Below are positions 37,011 through 50,243 of a DNA stretch of 64,000 nucleotides, one piece after another. Below the pieces are notes generated by a model, which worked only from the letters and a program-made list of their open reading frames with translations, was not told the origin of the DNA and did no database searches. This DNA is from Scyliorhinus canicula. Taxonomy: Eukaryota. The stretch lies in NCBI RefSeq assembly GCF_902713615.1, contig NC_052158.1, forward strand, positions 12,148,546-12,212,545. Reading direction: 5' to 3'. A program made the position numbers and the translations under genes. Within the stretch, counting starts at the first letter, position 1, and each line of letters begins with the position of its first letter.

Positions 37011-37396
37011 GAATCCATACATTGCAGAAGGAGGCCATTCGGCCCATCAAGTCTGCACTGGCCCTTGAAAAGAGCACCCTCCTTAAGCCTACCTCTCGAC
37101 CCTATCCCCATAACCCCATCTGACCCTTTGGACATGAAGGGGAAATTTAGCATGGCCAATCCACCCAAACTGCATAACTTTGGACTGTGACAGGAAACCG
37201 GAGCAGCGAGAGGAAACTCACGCAGACACAGGGAGAATGGCCTCCTTCAGTGCTGCACCATTCTATTATGGTGTAATTCATATTCTGTAAACACCCCTGT
37301 TGCAGGCTACACCCCAATGGAGGAACAACTGTGCTATTGATGTATATATTTTCCAGTGAAGAATCTGGCACCCGATATAATGGTCGTGTGGAGGAT

Positions 37397-38055
37397 GGAC
37401 GGCACAGTGGTTCGCACTGCTGCCTCAGAGTGCCATTCCGACCTTGGGTGACTGTGTGGGGTTTGCACATTCTTCCCATGTCTGCATGGGTTTCCTTCAG
37501 ATTTCCTCCCACAGTCTAAAGATGTGCAGATTATGTGGATTGGCCATGCTAAATTGCCCTTAGTGTTCAAAGGTTAGTTGGGGTTACAGGAATAGGGTGG
37601 GAGAGGAGGCCAAGGTTATGATACTCTTTTGGGGGATCGATGCAGACTTGATGGGCTGAATAGCCTTCTTCTGTACTGTAGGGATTCTATGATTCTATGA
37701 TGTTTTCATGAGTTTTCTTCCTCACTTGTGGGGCAAAAGTGTGAGGAGCAAGAATGCAGTACAATGCTGTTGCACCAATAGTTAGCACTGTTGCTTTACA
37801 GTTCCAGGGTCCCAGGTTCAATTCCCAACTGGGGCACTATCTGTGCGGAGTCTGCACCTTCTCTCCGTATCTGCGTGGGTTTCCTTGGGGTTCTCCGGTT
37901 TCCTCCCACAATTCCCAAAAGACGTGCTGTTAGATAATTTGGACATTCTGAATTCTCCCTCTGTGTACCCAAACAGGTGCCAGAATGTGGCGACGAGGGG
38001 CTTTTCACAGTAACTTCATTGCAATATAAGCCTACTTGTGACAATAAAGATTATT
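37397..38055 (+). mobile_element. Adjacent SINEs: tail A copy (37397-37700) and tail B copy (37775-38055)
   Basis: Shared head/V-core, different 3' tails. Confidence 0.75.
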
Positions 38056-38489
38056 TTTTAAAATATTGAAACTTGATCACTGCCACCGAGACTCATTCCT
38101 TTTGTCCCACATATATATCCTAGACCTTTGTGATATGCTTCCCCGTCATCATGAAGTTTGATGGCAGCAGTTCCTGAGATATAAATACATAGACATGGGA
38201 GAACCCCTCCCCCCCCCCCCCCCCCGCCCCCCATCCCCATGGAGAGTTTCAGTACTTCAAATTTATTATTCCTGTTTCATAAGATAAAATTATATTGCTG
38301 AGACAAGTACCCAACAATTTACAAAACCAACGTCCTGTGGCTGAAAGTAATTTTGCAATTGACAAATACAAACCACATCCCCAGCCTATTAGAAATGCTG
38401 TTGTTTGCCAAACTTTCATGCTGAGAAGTTGAGATATTTTCCCTTCAATTAGATAATATCAGATAATGTTCAAAAATAAGATCAAAAAA

Positions 38490-41400
38490 CAGTACAGGCC
38501 CATCGTCCCTCCAAGCCTGCACCGATCACTTGTCCTATCTAGACCAACCGCCTGTATCCTTCTATACCCCGTCTGTTCATGTGCCTATCCAGTCAAGTCT
38601 TAAAAGTCGCTAACATATCTGCCTCAACCACCTCACTTGGTCGTGCATTCCAGGCCACCACCACCCTCTGTGTAAGAAACTTCCCCCACTGAACCGCACA
38701 TCTCCACTGAACCTATCCCTCCTCACCTTGTGCCCTCTTGTAATTGTAATTTCCGCCCTGGGAAAAAGTTTCCAGGGGCAGCACGGTAGCATGGTGGTTA
38801 GCATAAATGCTTCACAGCTCCAGGGTCCCAGGTTCGGTTCCCGGTTGGGTCACTGTCTGTGTGGAGTCTGCACGTCCTCCCCGTGTGTGCGTGGATTTCC
38901 TCCGGGCATTCCGGTTTCCTCCCACAGTCCAAAGATGTGAGGGTTAGGTGGATTGGCCATGCTAAATTGCCCGTAGTGTCCTTAAAAGTAAGGGGGGGGG
39001 GGGTTACGGGTATAGGGTGGATACGTGGATTTGAGTAGGGTGATCATTGCTCGGCACAACAGCTCTGTGCTGTACTGTTCTATGTTCTATGCTCGCTCTA
39101 GCTACACCCCTCATAATTTTATAAACTTCTATCAGGTCACTCCTCAGCCTCCATCTTTCTAGGGAGAACAAACCCAGTTTATTCAATCTCTCCTCATAGC
39201 TAATACCCTCCATACCAGGCAACATCCTGGTAAATCGTTTCTGTACTCTCCCCAAATCCTCCACGTCCTTCTGGACGTTATCCTCGGGGACCTTACCTGT
39301 GGCCAACAAGAAAACAAAGATTTCTGTTAGAGGCCCAGCGATTTAATCTCTTGTCTCCCTCAGAAATCTGGGCTAGATGTATCTGGCCCGGCGGATTTGT
39401 CAATCATAATGCTTTTTAACACACCTAACAGATCCTCCCTCGTAATAATCACATTTTCTAAAGTTGTTTACATATCCCTCTGAGCCACCATCAATCAGCC
39501 TGTCCCTCCCCTTTGTGAATACTGATGCAAAGTACTCATTCAGGATCTCACCTACTTCCTATGGTTCTATGCATAATTTCCCTCCTTTGTCCATGAGCGT
39601 ACCAACTCTTTCTCTAGCTACCCCTCTTGTTCCTAGTATACGTATAAAATGCCTTGGGATTCGCCTTATTCCTGTCTTCCAAGGTCATTTCGTGACACCT
39701 TTCGGCCCTCCTAACTCCCTGTTTGAGCTTGTTTCTACTTTGACTGTATTCTTCAAGTGCTTCATCTGTTTTTAGTTGCCTATACCTCATTTATGGATCC
39801 TTTTTCTTTTTGACTAGATTCACAGTTTCCCTGGTCATCTACACTTCCTGAATTCTGCCTTTCCTGTCTTTCCATTTCATCGGCACACGCCTGTCCTGCA
39901 TTCCCATCAACTGCTCCTTAAAAGACTCCCATATGCCAAATGTGGATTTACCCTCAAACAGCCTATCCCAAACAACAGCCTCCAAATCCTGCCTAATCTG
40001 GTTGAGGTTTGCCTTCCCCCAATTTAGCTCCTTAACCCTCGGACAACACTTGTCGTTTTCCATGAGCTCACGGAATTGTGGTCACTATTCACCACATGTT
40101 CCCTCTTTGATGACGTTGCCAGGCTCGTTCCCTAGTACTGGGCCCACTATAGCCATTTCTCTAGTCGGACTATCCACATATTGTTCCAAACATTTTCCTG
40201 GACGCACTTAACAAATTCCTCACCATCCAGACCCCTAGCCCTAAGGGATTTCCAGTCAATATGAGGAAAATTAAATTCTCCCACTACATCAACCATATTA
40301 TTCCTACATCTATCCAGAATCTGCTTACATATCTGTTCTTCAACTTCCTGTGGGCTGTTGGGAGATCTGTAGTACACCCCCATCATAGTGACTGCCCCAC
40401 TCCGGTTTCTGAGTTCTACCCACAGTGTCTCGTTACTTGATTCTTCTAAGGTGTCCTCCCTCTGTACAGCTATTATATGTTCTCTGACCAGTATTGCAAC
40501 CCCTCCACCTCTTTTACCTTCCCCTCTGTCTCGCCTAAAACACCTATATCCTGGAATATTTAGCTGCCAGTGCTGTCCCTTTTTTAACCAAGTCTCTGCT
40601 ACTGCAACCACATCCACTGTCCGCACCGGAATCAAGGCTCTCAGTTCATCTGTCTTACCTGTTATACTCCTTGCATTGAAGCAGATGCACTCCAGACCTC
40701 CAGGCCCAAACCGTTCGACCTCCCCCAACCTGTCCTTCCTCTTTGCCAGTCTGGCCCTGCTACCGTGCTCATCCCCAGTCTCTACGCTTGCTGGTTTACT
40801 GTACTGATTCCCACCCCCTGCCAAATTCGTTTAAACCCAACAAAACCATACCCGCAAACCTCCCAGCAAGGATATTGGTGCCCCTCCAGTTCACTGTAGC
40901 TCATTTCTTTAGAGGTCCCACCTTCCCTGGAAGATATCCCAATGATCCAAACAACTGAAGCCCTCCCTCCTGCACGTTCTTTAGCCACATGTCAAGCTTT
41001 TCTCCCTGTTTCTAGCCTCACTAGCATGTGGCACGGGGATTAATCCTGAGATTACTCCCTTTGAGGTCCTGATTTTTAATCTTCTACCTAACTCCCTAAA
41101 TTGCCGCTGCAAGACCTCGCTACCCTTTCTACCTATGTCATTCGTGTCAATATGGACAATGATCTACGTCTGATTTCCATCCCGTTTTAGGATGCCTTGT
41201 ACCCGCTCAGAGACATCCAGGACCAGGGAGGCAAACTACCATCCTGGAGTCTCTTTTACGGCCACAGTAGCGTATATCTGTACCCCTGACCTTTGAATCC
41301 CCGATCACTATTGCTTTGCTACGCTTTGTACCACCATCTGAAAAATGAAAAAATGAAAATCGCTTATTGTCACGAGTAGGCTTCAAATGAAGTTACTGTG

Positions 41401-41870
41401 AAAAGCCCCTAGTCGCCACATTCCGGCGCCTGTTCTGGGAGGCTGTTACGGGAATCGAACCGTGCTGCTGGCCTGCTTGGTCTGCTTTCAAAGCCAGCGA
41501 TTTAGCCCTGTGCTAAACATCCCCTGCAGCAGGGCTAGCCGTAGTGCCTTCGCTTTGGCCACTGCTGCTGCTGTCCCCTGATGGAACTTCCCCCTCGTCA
41601 GTATCCAAAATGGCATACTTGTTAGATAGGAGGGATAGCCATAGGGGACCCCTGCACTATCTGCCTACCCCATCTGGGAGACACCCATCTATGTTCCTTG
41701 GGTGTGTCCACTTCTCTGTAGCTATTATCTGTAACAATTTCAGCTAATTGTGTGCTCCTTAGTGCTTCCAGCTGCTGCTCTAATGATCCATGCATTCGGT
41801 GAGCTTCTGCAATTGAATGCACTTCCCACTGATGTCATCTTCAGGGACACTTGACCCATCCTTGATGCCC
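38490..41870 (-). mobile_element. CR1 LINE with ORF1 esterase, APE endonuclease and an internal RT deletion; nested SINEs at 38775-39090 and 41341-41525
   Basis: ORF1 VIGDSKVRGTD..RMVVCLPG (about 41225-41315, SGNH-type); ORF 40147-40824 CFNARSI..AETWL..FRRDR..GGGVAIL..YYRSPN; ATGKVPED joined directly to the VQKRFTRMLPG..RLRSDLIEVYKI tail. Confidence 0.85.
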
Positions 41871-42624
41871 CACATCATGCAAGAGTAGCACACAACCCTT
41901 CCAATTGACAGCTCTCATCCTCTGTTGGTTGTTAGACTACTAACTAAGTACGAGTTATACATCTGAGGAATATTGAATTCGAAGACATGTGTTGGTTATT
42001 GTCACATTTCCCAGGTCAAATGACAGGAGGGCATCAGATTGTGAATTGAATTTTGAATCAAACCTTCTGCAAGACTGCCCAGTGGACGATAAGCCCTCTC
42101 TGTGGAAAGTCAATAGTTTTTGGTCTAGCAAGGATATTTTTAACTGCACCAAAGAGAGAGTACATTCTGCCCAACAGGTCCATACTGGTATTAATGCTCC
42201 AGCAGAATCTCCTCTTGCCCCGCCACCTCTGCCCACATACTTTTCATTCTCTTTCTCTTTCATGCATGCATTGAAACTCAGTGTACCAATGCTCCCTATC
42301 TCAACCACTCCATGTGGCTGAAAATTTCACATTTTCACTGCTCTCTGTGCAAAGAAATTCCTCCTAATTTGAAAGAAAGATGATGCTCCAACAGTATCGA
42401 ACATAATTGGTTTTGCTTTCAAGTCCATTGGAAGAATCCATTGAGCAGAGACCCATTTGGCCTTGTAGCATCTGGCTTCCACATAAAATCTATTGTATCA
42501 TCTTTGTCTGCTAACAAACATCCCAGAAACAGGCCAGAAAATGTCCTCTGTTTAATTTGGTAGATGTCAGCTGTTCCATCGTAGTAGGGTCTTGAGTCAG
42601 ATGGTTGTGGGATCAAATGTCATG

Positions 42625-45600
42625 TGTTATGATATTGATCTGTTGAGAAGGGAAAATGGTTTTGCTTGTGAACTTTAGTGACTGGGAGTCTGGATTGACT
42701 TGTGCCTAAAAGGTTTCAGGTCTTTATATGTGTACAGTTAATGAGGTCTCGCAATGCATGAAGTTGAAGAGCAGGGTTAAAAAGGGTTGAAATTTCAGTG
42801 TTTTTGAAAATACACAAGGTAAAGGAACTTTGCTGTTACTTAACAACATTGGTCCAGTGACACAGAAAAGTCAGTAATTGAGAGAGAGAGTGTGTTCACT
42901 GTGTTTGTGAGAGAGAGGAGAGAGGGGATTTTAAGCCCATTGAGAAGGAGGGAAAAACACGAATGGTATTTGGGGCATGAGTTCATAATTTATAAAATTC
43001 AGCAAAGAGACCACTTTAGCAGAGATGTTACTAGAAGACTGAGTTTGGGACCTAATTTGTTTCCTCTGCAGTTGAAGAAACAACGAGTTGAGAGTCTGTT
43101 TTTCTGGGTGCCTTGGGGAGAGATATGAGTGGAGTGAGAAGCATCAAGTGAATGCTCAAGAATGCACCAGCAAAAAAAGTTTGTAACTATGTGACTCCCA
43201 AGCGACCTTTGTGTGAAAATATTGAAAACTTCACTAGCTTATATGTCAGTAAAGATATTGTTGAGGTAAAGAAATAATGGGAATTTGAATTACCTACTTA
43301 CGCTTCCATTGAGATCTTTCCAATCTTTTCATCTGTTGTAATATGGTACACTTTTTTGTTTTAACAAATATTTTATTCTTTGTATTTAAAGTTCATCAGC
43401 AGACTCCTGTGAATTTGTTCAATAACTTTCCTCCAGGGTTTCGAAAATAAAAGTTCGGATTTATCAAGCCAGGTTTCACTCTGGGATTTGACTTGTCCAG
43501 TATTGTCGAGCATGGAGCATGGAGATAAGGTATGTTAGCAGGTCAGCTCCGGAGGGAGGCAGCGGTAAGGGAAATTATTCAGGTGAGGGACAGGGCAGGG
43601 AAGTTGGTAGTGGTTCCGGATCTGATTAACAAGGTCTTTGAGGAATTTTATGAGAGGTTGCACAGGTCAGAGCCACCTGGGGGAGACGGGGAGATGCAGG
43701 AATTTCTAGATGGGTTGGAGTACCCGAGGTTAGGGGAGGGGGACAGGGCTACATTAGAAGGAGCGATAGTGGAGCAGGAGATAAAAGATGCGATTGGGAG
43801 GATGCAGTCGGGAAAGGTGGCAGGGCCGGATGGGTTTCCGGTGGAATATTATAAAAAGATTCAAGGATAAGCTGGCACCCGTGATGGTGGGGATGTCTGA
43901 AGAGGGGATGTTGCCACAAGCATCGATTTCCCTGTTGCTAAAAAAAGATCAGGACCCGGCGGACAGTGGGTCGTATAGGCCCATATCACTTTTATATGTG
44001 GACGCAAAATTATTGGCGAAGGTACTGGCGGGTAGGCTGGAGGAGTGCCTCCCGAAGGCGATAGGTGAAAGATGGGGTTCGTGAGAGAGAGGCACCTCTT
44101 TTCAAACATTGGAAGGGTATTGAACGTCACTATGGCACCGGCGGAGGGGAAGGAAACAGAGGTGGTTGTGGCATTGGACGCTGAGAAACCGTTTGACCGG
44201 GTAGAATCGGGGTACTTGATGGTAGTTCTGGAGTGGTTTGGGATTGGACCAAGACTTGTGAACTGGGTAAAACTACTATATAAGGAGCCGAGGGCGAGTG
44301 TCCGCACAAACAACATCAGCTCGAGATACTTTTCTCTCCACCGTGGGTCTAGGCAGGGATGTCCTATGTCCCCCCTGCTGTTTGTACTCGCGATTGAGCC
44401 GTTGGCCATCGCATTAAGAAGTTCGGGGGTATGGAAAGGAATAGTGCAGGGGGATGGGGATAGAGCATAGGGCGTCCTTATATGCCGATGACTTGCTGTT
44501 GTACGTGTCGGAACTGAGTATGTCAATAGAGGGAATATTTGAGCTGCTTCGAGTTTTTGGGTCTTTCTCGGGGTACAAACTAAATCTAGACAAAAATGAG
44601 TATTTTGTGGTGCCTCGGCCGGGGGTGGGGGCAGGGGTGGGGGGGCTGCCATTCCGTAGGGCAGGGACTCACTTTAGGTACCTGAGGGTGCAGATTGCCC
44701 GGGAGTGGGGGGGGGCTCCGCCCGTACAACATTTCTAGTTTGGTGGGGAGAGTGAAAAATGAATTGGCAAGGTGGGATGGTCTCCCGCTGTCACTGGCAG
44801 GTTGGGTACAAGCGGTTAAAATGAACGTGTTGCCGCAATTTCTATTTATTTTCCAATGCCTGCTGATTTTCCTGCCAAAGGCTTTTTTTCAGAGCAATTG
44901 AGGGAAGGATTACTTTGTTCATATGGGGAGGGAAGTTGGCCAGAGTTAGGAAGGTGCTGCTACAGAGGGGAAGACAGGCAGGGGGTTTGAGTCTTCCGAA
45001 CCTCATGCATTACTACTGGGCTGCGAATGTGATGAAGGTGCAGAGCTGGGTCAGAGGGGTTGATTCCCAGTGGGTTAGAATGGAGGAGAGTTTGTGCAGG
45101 AGGTCGGGGTTGGAAGCACTAGCAGCAGCTCCGCTCCCAATGGCCCCGGGGAAATACTCAGGGAGTCCAGTAATAATAGCTTCATTGAGAATTTGGAGGC
45201 AGTTTCGCCAACACTTTGGTTTGGGGGTGGGGTCAAGGGAAATGCCGATTCAGGGGAACCATAGATTTGAGCCAGGGAAGTGGGATAGAAATTTTTGGAA
45301 ATGGGAGGAGAAGGGGATTAAGACGCCAAAAGATTTGTTTCTTAGGGGTCGACTTGCAGGATTGAAGGAGCTGGAAGGGAAGTATGGACTGGAGCAGGGG
45401 TAAATGTTTAGTTACATGCGAAATAGGTTTGAGATTTTGCCAGAAAGGAGATACAGAGCTTCCCGGTGGAGCCGGCCTCCACATTGCTGGAGGAGGTGCT
45501 GACGACAGGGGGACTGGAGAAGGGGGTAGTGCCGACGGTTTACGGAGCTATTTTGGAAGAGGAGAAGCCTCTCCGAGAAGGCACCACTGGAAGGCATCAA

Positions 45601-46443
45601 AGCAAAGTGGGAGGAAGAGTTGGGAGGAGGGGTTCTGGTGTGAGGTGCACCGGAGAGTGAATGCCTCCACCTCGTGCACGAGGTTGGGGCTGATACAGCT
45701 GAAGGTGGTATACGGAGCACACCTCACAAGGGCGAGGATGAGCTGATTCTTTGGAGGAATAGAAGATGTGTGTGAACGTTGTGGGGAGGGCCCTGCTAAT
45801 CACGTTCATATGTTTTGCTCCTGTCCAAAGCTGGAGGACTACTGGAAGGAGGTTTTTAGGGTAATTTCTGAAGTGGTACACGTGAAACTGGAACCGGGCC
45901 ACCAGGAGGCTATATTAGGGATTAGGGTTAGCCAGGGCTGGAAACGGGTGTGCAGGCAAATGTTTTAGCCTACACCTCGTTGATCGTCCGAAGGCGGATG
46001 CTGAAAGGTTGGAGAGCAACCTCTCCACCCTGTGCCCTGGCGTGGCGGGGGAACCTGTTGGAATTCTTGACTCTTGAGAAGGTTAAGTTTGAACTGAGGG
46101 GAAGGATGGAGGGGTCCTACAATTCATGGGCATTATTCACTGTGCACTTTCAAGAACTGGATAACATCGAACATTAGTTGGGGCGGGTGGGTTGGAGGGT
46201 TGGGAGGAGGGGGGCTGTGTGTGTTAATGGTGACTATGGGTGATCCCTGATTCCTTTTTGTCATTTGTTTGTGTGAACATGCAGGCTAATGGTGGGAGGA
46301 TGGGATCGTTGTTATTGATATGGGGATTGACGTATTTGTTACTGATTATTGTTTATTGTTAGTGGGTGTAAATTTGGGAGAAAATGCAAAAAAGGAGGAG
46401 AATAAAGCAATATTTTTTTTAAAAATCAATTGAGATTGTAACA
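42625..46443 (+). mobile_element. Solo LTR (Gypsy/ERV-type, about 0.9 kb) split near its 3' end by an L1
   Basis: Starts TGTTAT, ends GTAACA, perfect 4-bp TSD CATG at 42621-42624 and 46444-46447. Confidence 0.7.
43506..46424 (+). mobile_element. 5'-truncated L1-clade LINE (ORF2 RT to 3' UTR), decayed
   Basis: KVAGPDGFPVEYY, YRPISLL, LDAEKPFDRV, RQGCPMSPLLF, LYADDLLLY, CERCGEGPANHVHMFCSC; AATAAA at 46401. Confidence 0.9.
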
Positions 46444-47569
46444 CATGTGCTTCATATATAATCGTATAAGTTAGGACAATGTTGCAATGTTGAATAAGCA
46501 TTACATTGTCAAACATAACAGCTTTCCCTTGAGAGGTAAAACAGTGAAGTGGCCTGCCTGCCAGGTGTTTTTAAGATAAGTCACTGTACCAACGAAAAGC
46601 AGGAGAGCTCTCCCAGTTACCTAAAAATATATATCCCGCACCCCAACCTCTCGTCTCTGCTCCCCAAACAATCATCTACAAAAAAAAACAGATTTTCTGG
46701 TTATTTATTTACTTTCTACTCATGTGAGCTTCATATGCTCCAATCGGCTGATGTCCTTGCTTCGCAATGAGAACTATCCTCCAAAATTACATCGTGTTCG
46801 TGCCCTGCAGCGCCATCAAAGGTATATGTAGAACCAAATCTCTTAAGTCCACCTCCCTTATACATGTAACTGTTGAATGACTCATTTTATGAAGATAGAA
46901 TCCCTCAAGAGTAGAAGGAGGCTACTTGGCCTGTTGAGTCTGCACCAACCCTCCAAACGAGCACCCCATCTAGGTCCACTTTCCCTGTAACCCCACCTAA
47001 TCTGCATGTATTTGGACACTAAGGGGCAATTTAGCATAACATGCCTTGGAATGGGGGAGGAAACTGGAGCACCTGGAGAAAACCCATATGGACAAGGGGG
47101 AGAACATGCAAACCCCACTCAGTGTCAGACAAGGCTGGAATTGAACTTGGGTCCCCGGCATTGTCAAGCAGCAATGTGCCACTGTGCCACCCCATTTAAG
47201 TTATTTTGTCATCTACGTGAATTGAAACGATAGTGGTGTAGCAATAATATCACTTGAACCATAAGACAACATGAAAAAGGGACAGGAATAGGATATTCAC
47301 CTATCACACCTGCTCCACCATTTACTAAGATTGTGGCTGATCGAACACTCAGTAAATTTACTTTTCTGCCTTCTCTCCATAACCCTTAATTCCTCTACTG
47401 ATTAAAAGCCTATCAATCTCAGCCTTGAAAATGTTGAAGGACTTGGCCTCCACAGCTTAGGAACATAAGAAAATAGGAACAGGAATAGGCCACTCAGCCA
47501 CACGATCCTGTCCCACCATTTAATGAGATCATAGCAAATCTGTGTCCTAACTCTATATCATAGATTATC

Positions 47570-47914
47570 ATAGAATTTACAGTGCAGAAGGAGGCCATTT
47601 GGCCCATCGAGTCTGCACCGGCTCTTGGAAAGAGCGCCCTACCCAAGGTCAACACCTCCACCCTATCCCCATAACCCAGTAACCCCACCCAACACTAAGG
47701 GCAATTTTGGACACTAAGGGCAATTTATCATGGCCAATCCACCTAACCTGCACATCTTTGTGACTGTGGGAGGAAACCGGAGCACCCACAGGAAACCCAC
47801 GCACACACAGGGAGGATGTGCAGACTCCGCACAGACAGTGACCCAAGCTGGAATCGAACCTGGGACCTTGGAGCTGTGAAGCGATTGTGCTATCCACAAT
47901 GCTACCGTGCTGCC
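47570..47914 (-). mobile_element. HE1-like SINE (tail A), well preserved
   Basis: Full head, V-core and CR1-type tail. Confidence 0.85.
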
Positions 47915-48032
47915 TTTGGCCCATATCGCTTAATCTCCTTGCTCAACAAAAATCTAACTATCTATCTCAGATTTAAAATTGACAGCTGTTCTCATTTCAA
48001 CTGCTATTTGTGGGAGATAGTTCCAAAATTGT

Positions 48033-48070
48033 GGCTTTGACAAAGAGTTATCGGACTTGAAACGTTAGCT
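48033..48070 (+). ncRNA. Minimal type I hammerhead ribozyme variant with U3-A8 core (HH3)
   Basis: ggcu UUGACAA a gaguu-aucg-gacuu GAAA cg U U / agcu; helices I and II pair and helix III is the palindrome ACGU. Confidence 0.6.
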
Positions 48071-48129
48071 CTTTTCTCTCCCTACAGATGCTGCCAGACT
48101 TGCTGAGATTTCCCAGCATTTTCTTTTTC
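48033..48129 (+). mobile_element. 97-bp Penelope-like/non-autonomous insertion with a hammerhead motif
   Basis: Perfect 13-bp TSD gttccaaaattgt at 48020-48032 and 48130-48142. Confidence 0.75.
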
Positions 48130-49297
48130 GTTCCAAAATTGTACCGCTCTATGAGTGAAGAAGTGCTTCCTAACATCTCTCCTGAACAGTCTAGCCTTAA
48201 TTTCCAAAGATTCACTACTCTGAGAGAAGAAATCCTTCCTCAAATTTGTCTTAAATGAGCCTCCCCCGCCTTATTCTGCGATGAAGGCGAGTAATCCCGA
48301 GGTTCAGACTAATTTGAATTCAATCAAAAAGACTACTTGATTGTGTATCAGGTTCTGAGGGGTAGTGACAAGGTGGAGGTGGAGAGGATGCTTCCTCTTG
48401 TGTGAGAATCTAGACCTAGGGGTCACTGTTTAAAAATAAGGTGGCGACCATTTAAGACGGGGATTGCTGAAATGTCTCTCTCAGATATTTTTGTGGCTCT
48501 GGAACTATCCGTCAAAACAGGCTGGAGGAAGAGTCTTTGAATTTTGTAAGGCAGAGGTAGATAGATTCTTGATAAGCAAGGTGCTGAGAAGTTATATCTT
48601 GGACGGCGATAGGGCGGGAGAGTGGGCCTAGGTAGGGTGCTCACTGTGAGGGTTGGTGCGGGAATGAGCCTCGGTAGGGTGCTCTTTCAGAGGGTCAGTG
48701 CAGACTTGATAGGCTGAATGGCCTCCTTCTGCACCGTAGGAAGTCTATGGTTCTATGTAACTGCCTTGGCCCGAAGCTTCAGAAGTTTTCCCCTAAACCT
48801 CTCCAGCCTCCCTACCCGTCTCTCATCCCGTAGCAGTCCCTCCATTTTGCCCTTTTCTCTCCTCTTTTCAATTCCCCATATTACATGCAATCTCCGCATT
48901 GTTGATTGGTCACACTTCATATGAACCATCGTTTGAATTTAGTAGGTGGTTTTACTGCCCCCTGCTGTCATGGACCCACCCGTTTATCTGGCTGAGGACC
49001 GGAACTGATACATGCTGGTAATTCTGACTCTTGCACCAAAATGTCCTAATACCTCCTGATGTGGTGAAAATACTCTGCTGTTTGGCGAAAGAGGCAGAGG
49101 TAACATTAGGAAACTTTCGCAGTGCGAAATCTAACTGCGAGCAATCATGTGGAATGCACTGCTTGAAAAACTGGTGTAGGCAACTTCATCAGCAACATTC
49201 AACTGGGTAAATTGGATAAATGGATAAAAGAGGGATTTTTAAAGGACAAAGAAGACCACTCATGGTAGTGGGTTTAATGAAACATAATGCACCAATA

Positions 49298-49531
49298 GTT
49301 GACGCAGGCGCAATGGGCTCCACAGACTCCTGTTTTGTTGACGCAGACGCAATGTGCTCTACAGCCTCGTGTTTTGTTGACGCAGGCGCAATGGGCTCCA
49401 CAGCCTCCTCTTTTGTTGACGCAGGCGCAATGTGTTCTACAGCCTCGTGTTTTGTTGACGCAGGCGCAACGGGCTGAATAGCCTCCTGTTTTGTGGACGC
49501 AAGCTCAATGGGCGGAATAGCCTCCTGTGTA
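49298..49531 (+). repeat. 39-bp minisatellite x6 derived from a CR1-type 3' tail
   Basis: Units start at 49298, 49337, 49376, 49415, 49454 and 49493 (gttgacgcaggcgcaatgggct..a.agcctcctgtttt). Confidence 0.9.
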
Positions 49532-50169
49532 TCGCAGCCCTGGTTTCTAAACCTTGCTCCTCGCCTAAGGTGCGGTGATCCTCAGGTTAAATCGCCACCA
49601 TTCAGCCCTCCCCCTCAACGGGGAAAGGAGCATCTAGTCATCTGCGACATTACTTAGTTAGAGCAGTATTGTAATTATACCTGCGCTGCTTCAGCGTAGA
49701 TTTAGTGAGACTGTCAGTTTTGTTTTCCCCCAAAGGGCGGCGGTGGCGGTGTGTTGGGAATTTCGCTGGGCCAGTCATCAGCAGCCTGGAATGATGCGCT
49801 TGGGCTGTGTGGGTTTAATTCCACATAACTCGTGAGGTTAAATTGAATTGCTAAACGTGGGCTTATTTTCAACATCGCCACACATTCTAACCTTTTCCTA
49901 ACTCATGTCCTTCAAGGAAGGAAATCTGCCATCTAATGCAAGGAATGTTGTTGTTTATTTAAATGAGACTCACGGTGAACAGCATCCTTTGATAACCAGG
50001 CTATGGGTCAAAATGTTGATATCAGTAACGACGCTAAATTATGTTTTTAAGACTATCAGTTACATAATGTCGCTGGCTCGCGTTTGACAGTTTCTGAGGG
50101 CATATGAGGCGACAATGCGTTTCTTTGTCTTCACCTCGAGAAAGAAAGACGTGGATCTCTAACATCTTT

Positions 50170-50243
50170 CATTTTACCATTGACTCACCATTTCACCATT
50201 GACTTACCATTTTACCATGGACTCACCATTTTACCACAGACTC
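50170..50243. repeat. 19-bp tandem repeat, about 4 copies
   Basis: cattttaccattgactcac and variants. Confidence 0.85.

Noticed and set aside
49298-49531. CRISPR-like array or repeat-protein ORF (VDAGAM..TASCF)n
   Set aside because: Units are contiguous with no unique spacers, the context is eukaryotic, and the ORF is a by-product of a 39-bp period.
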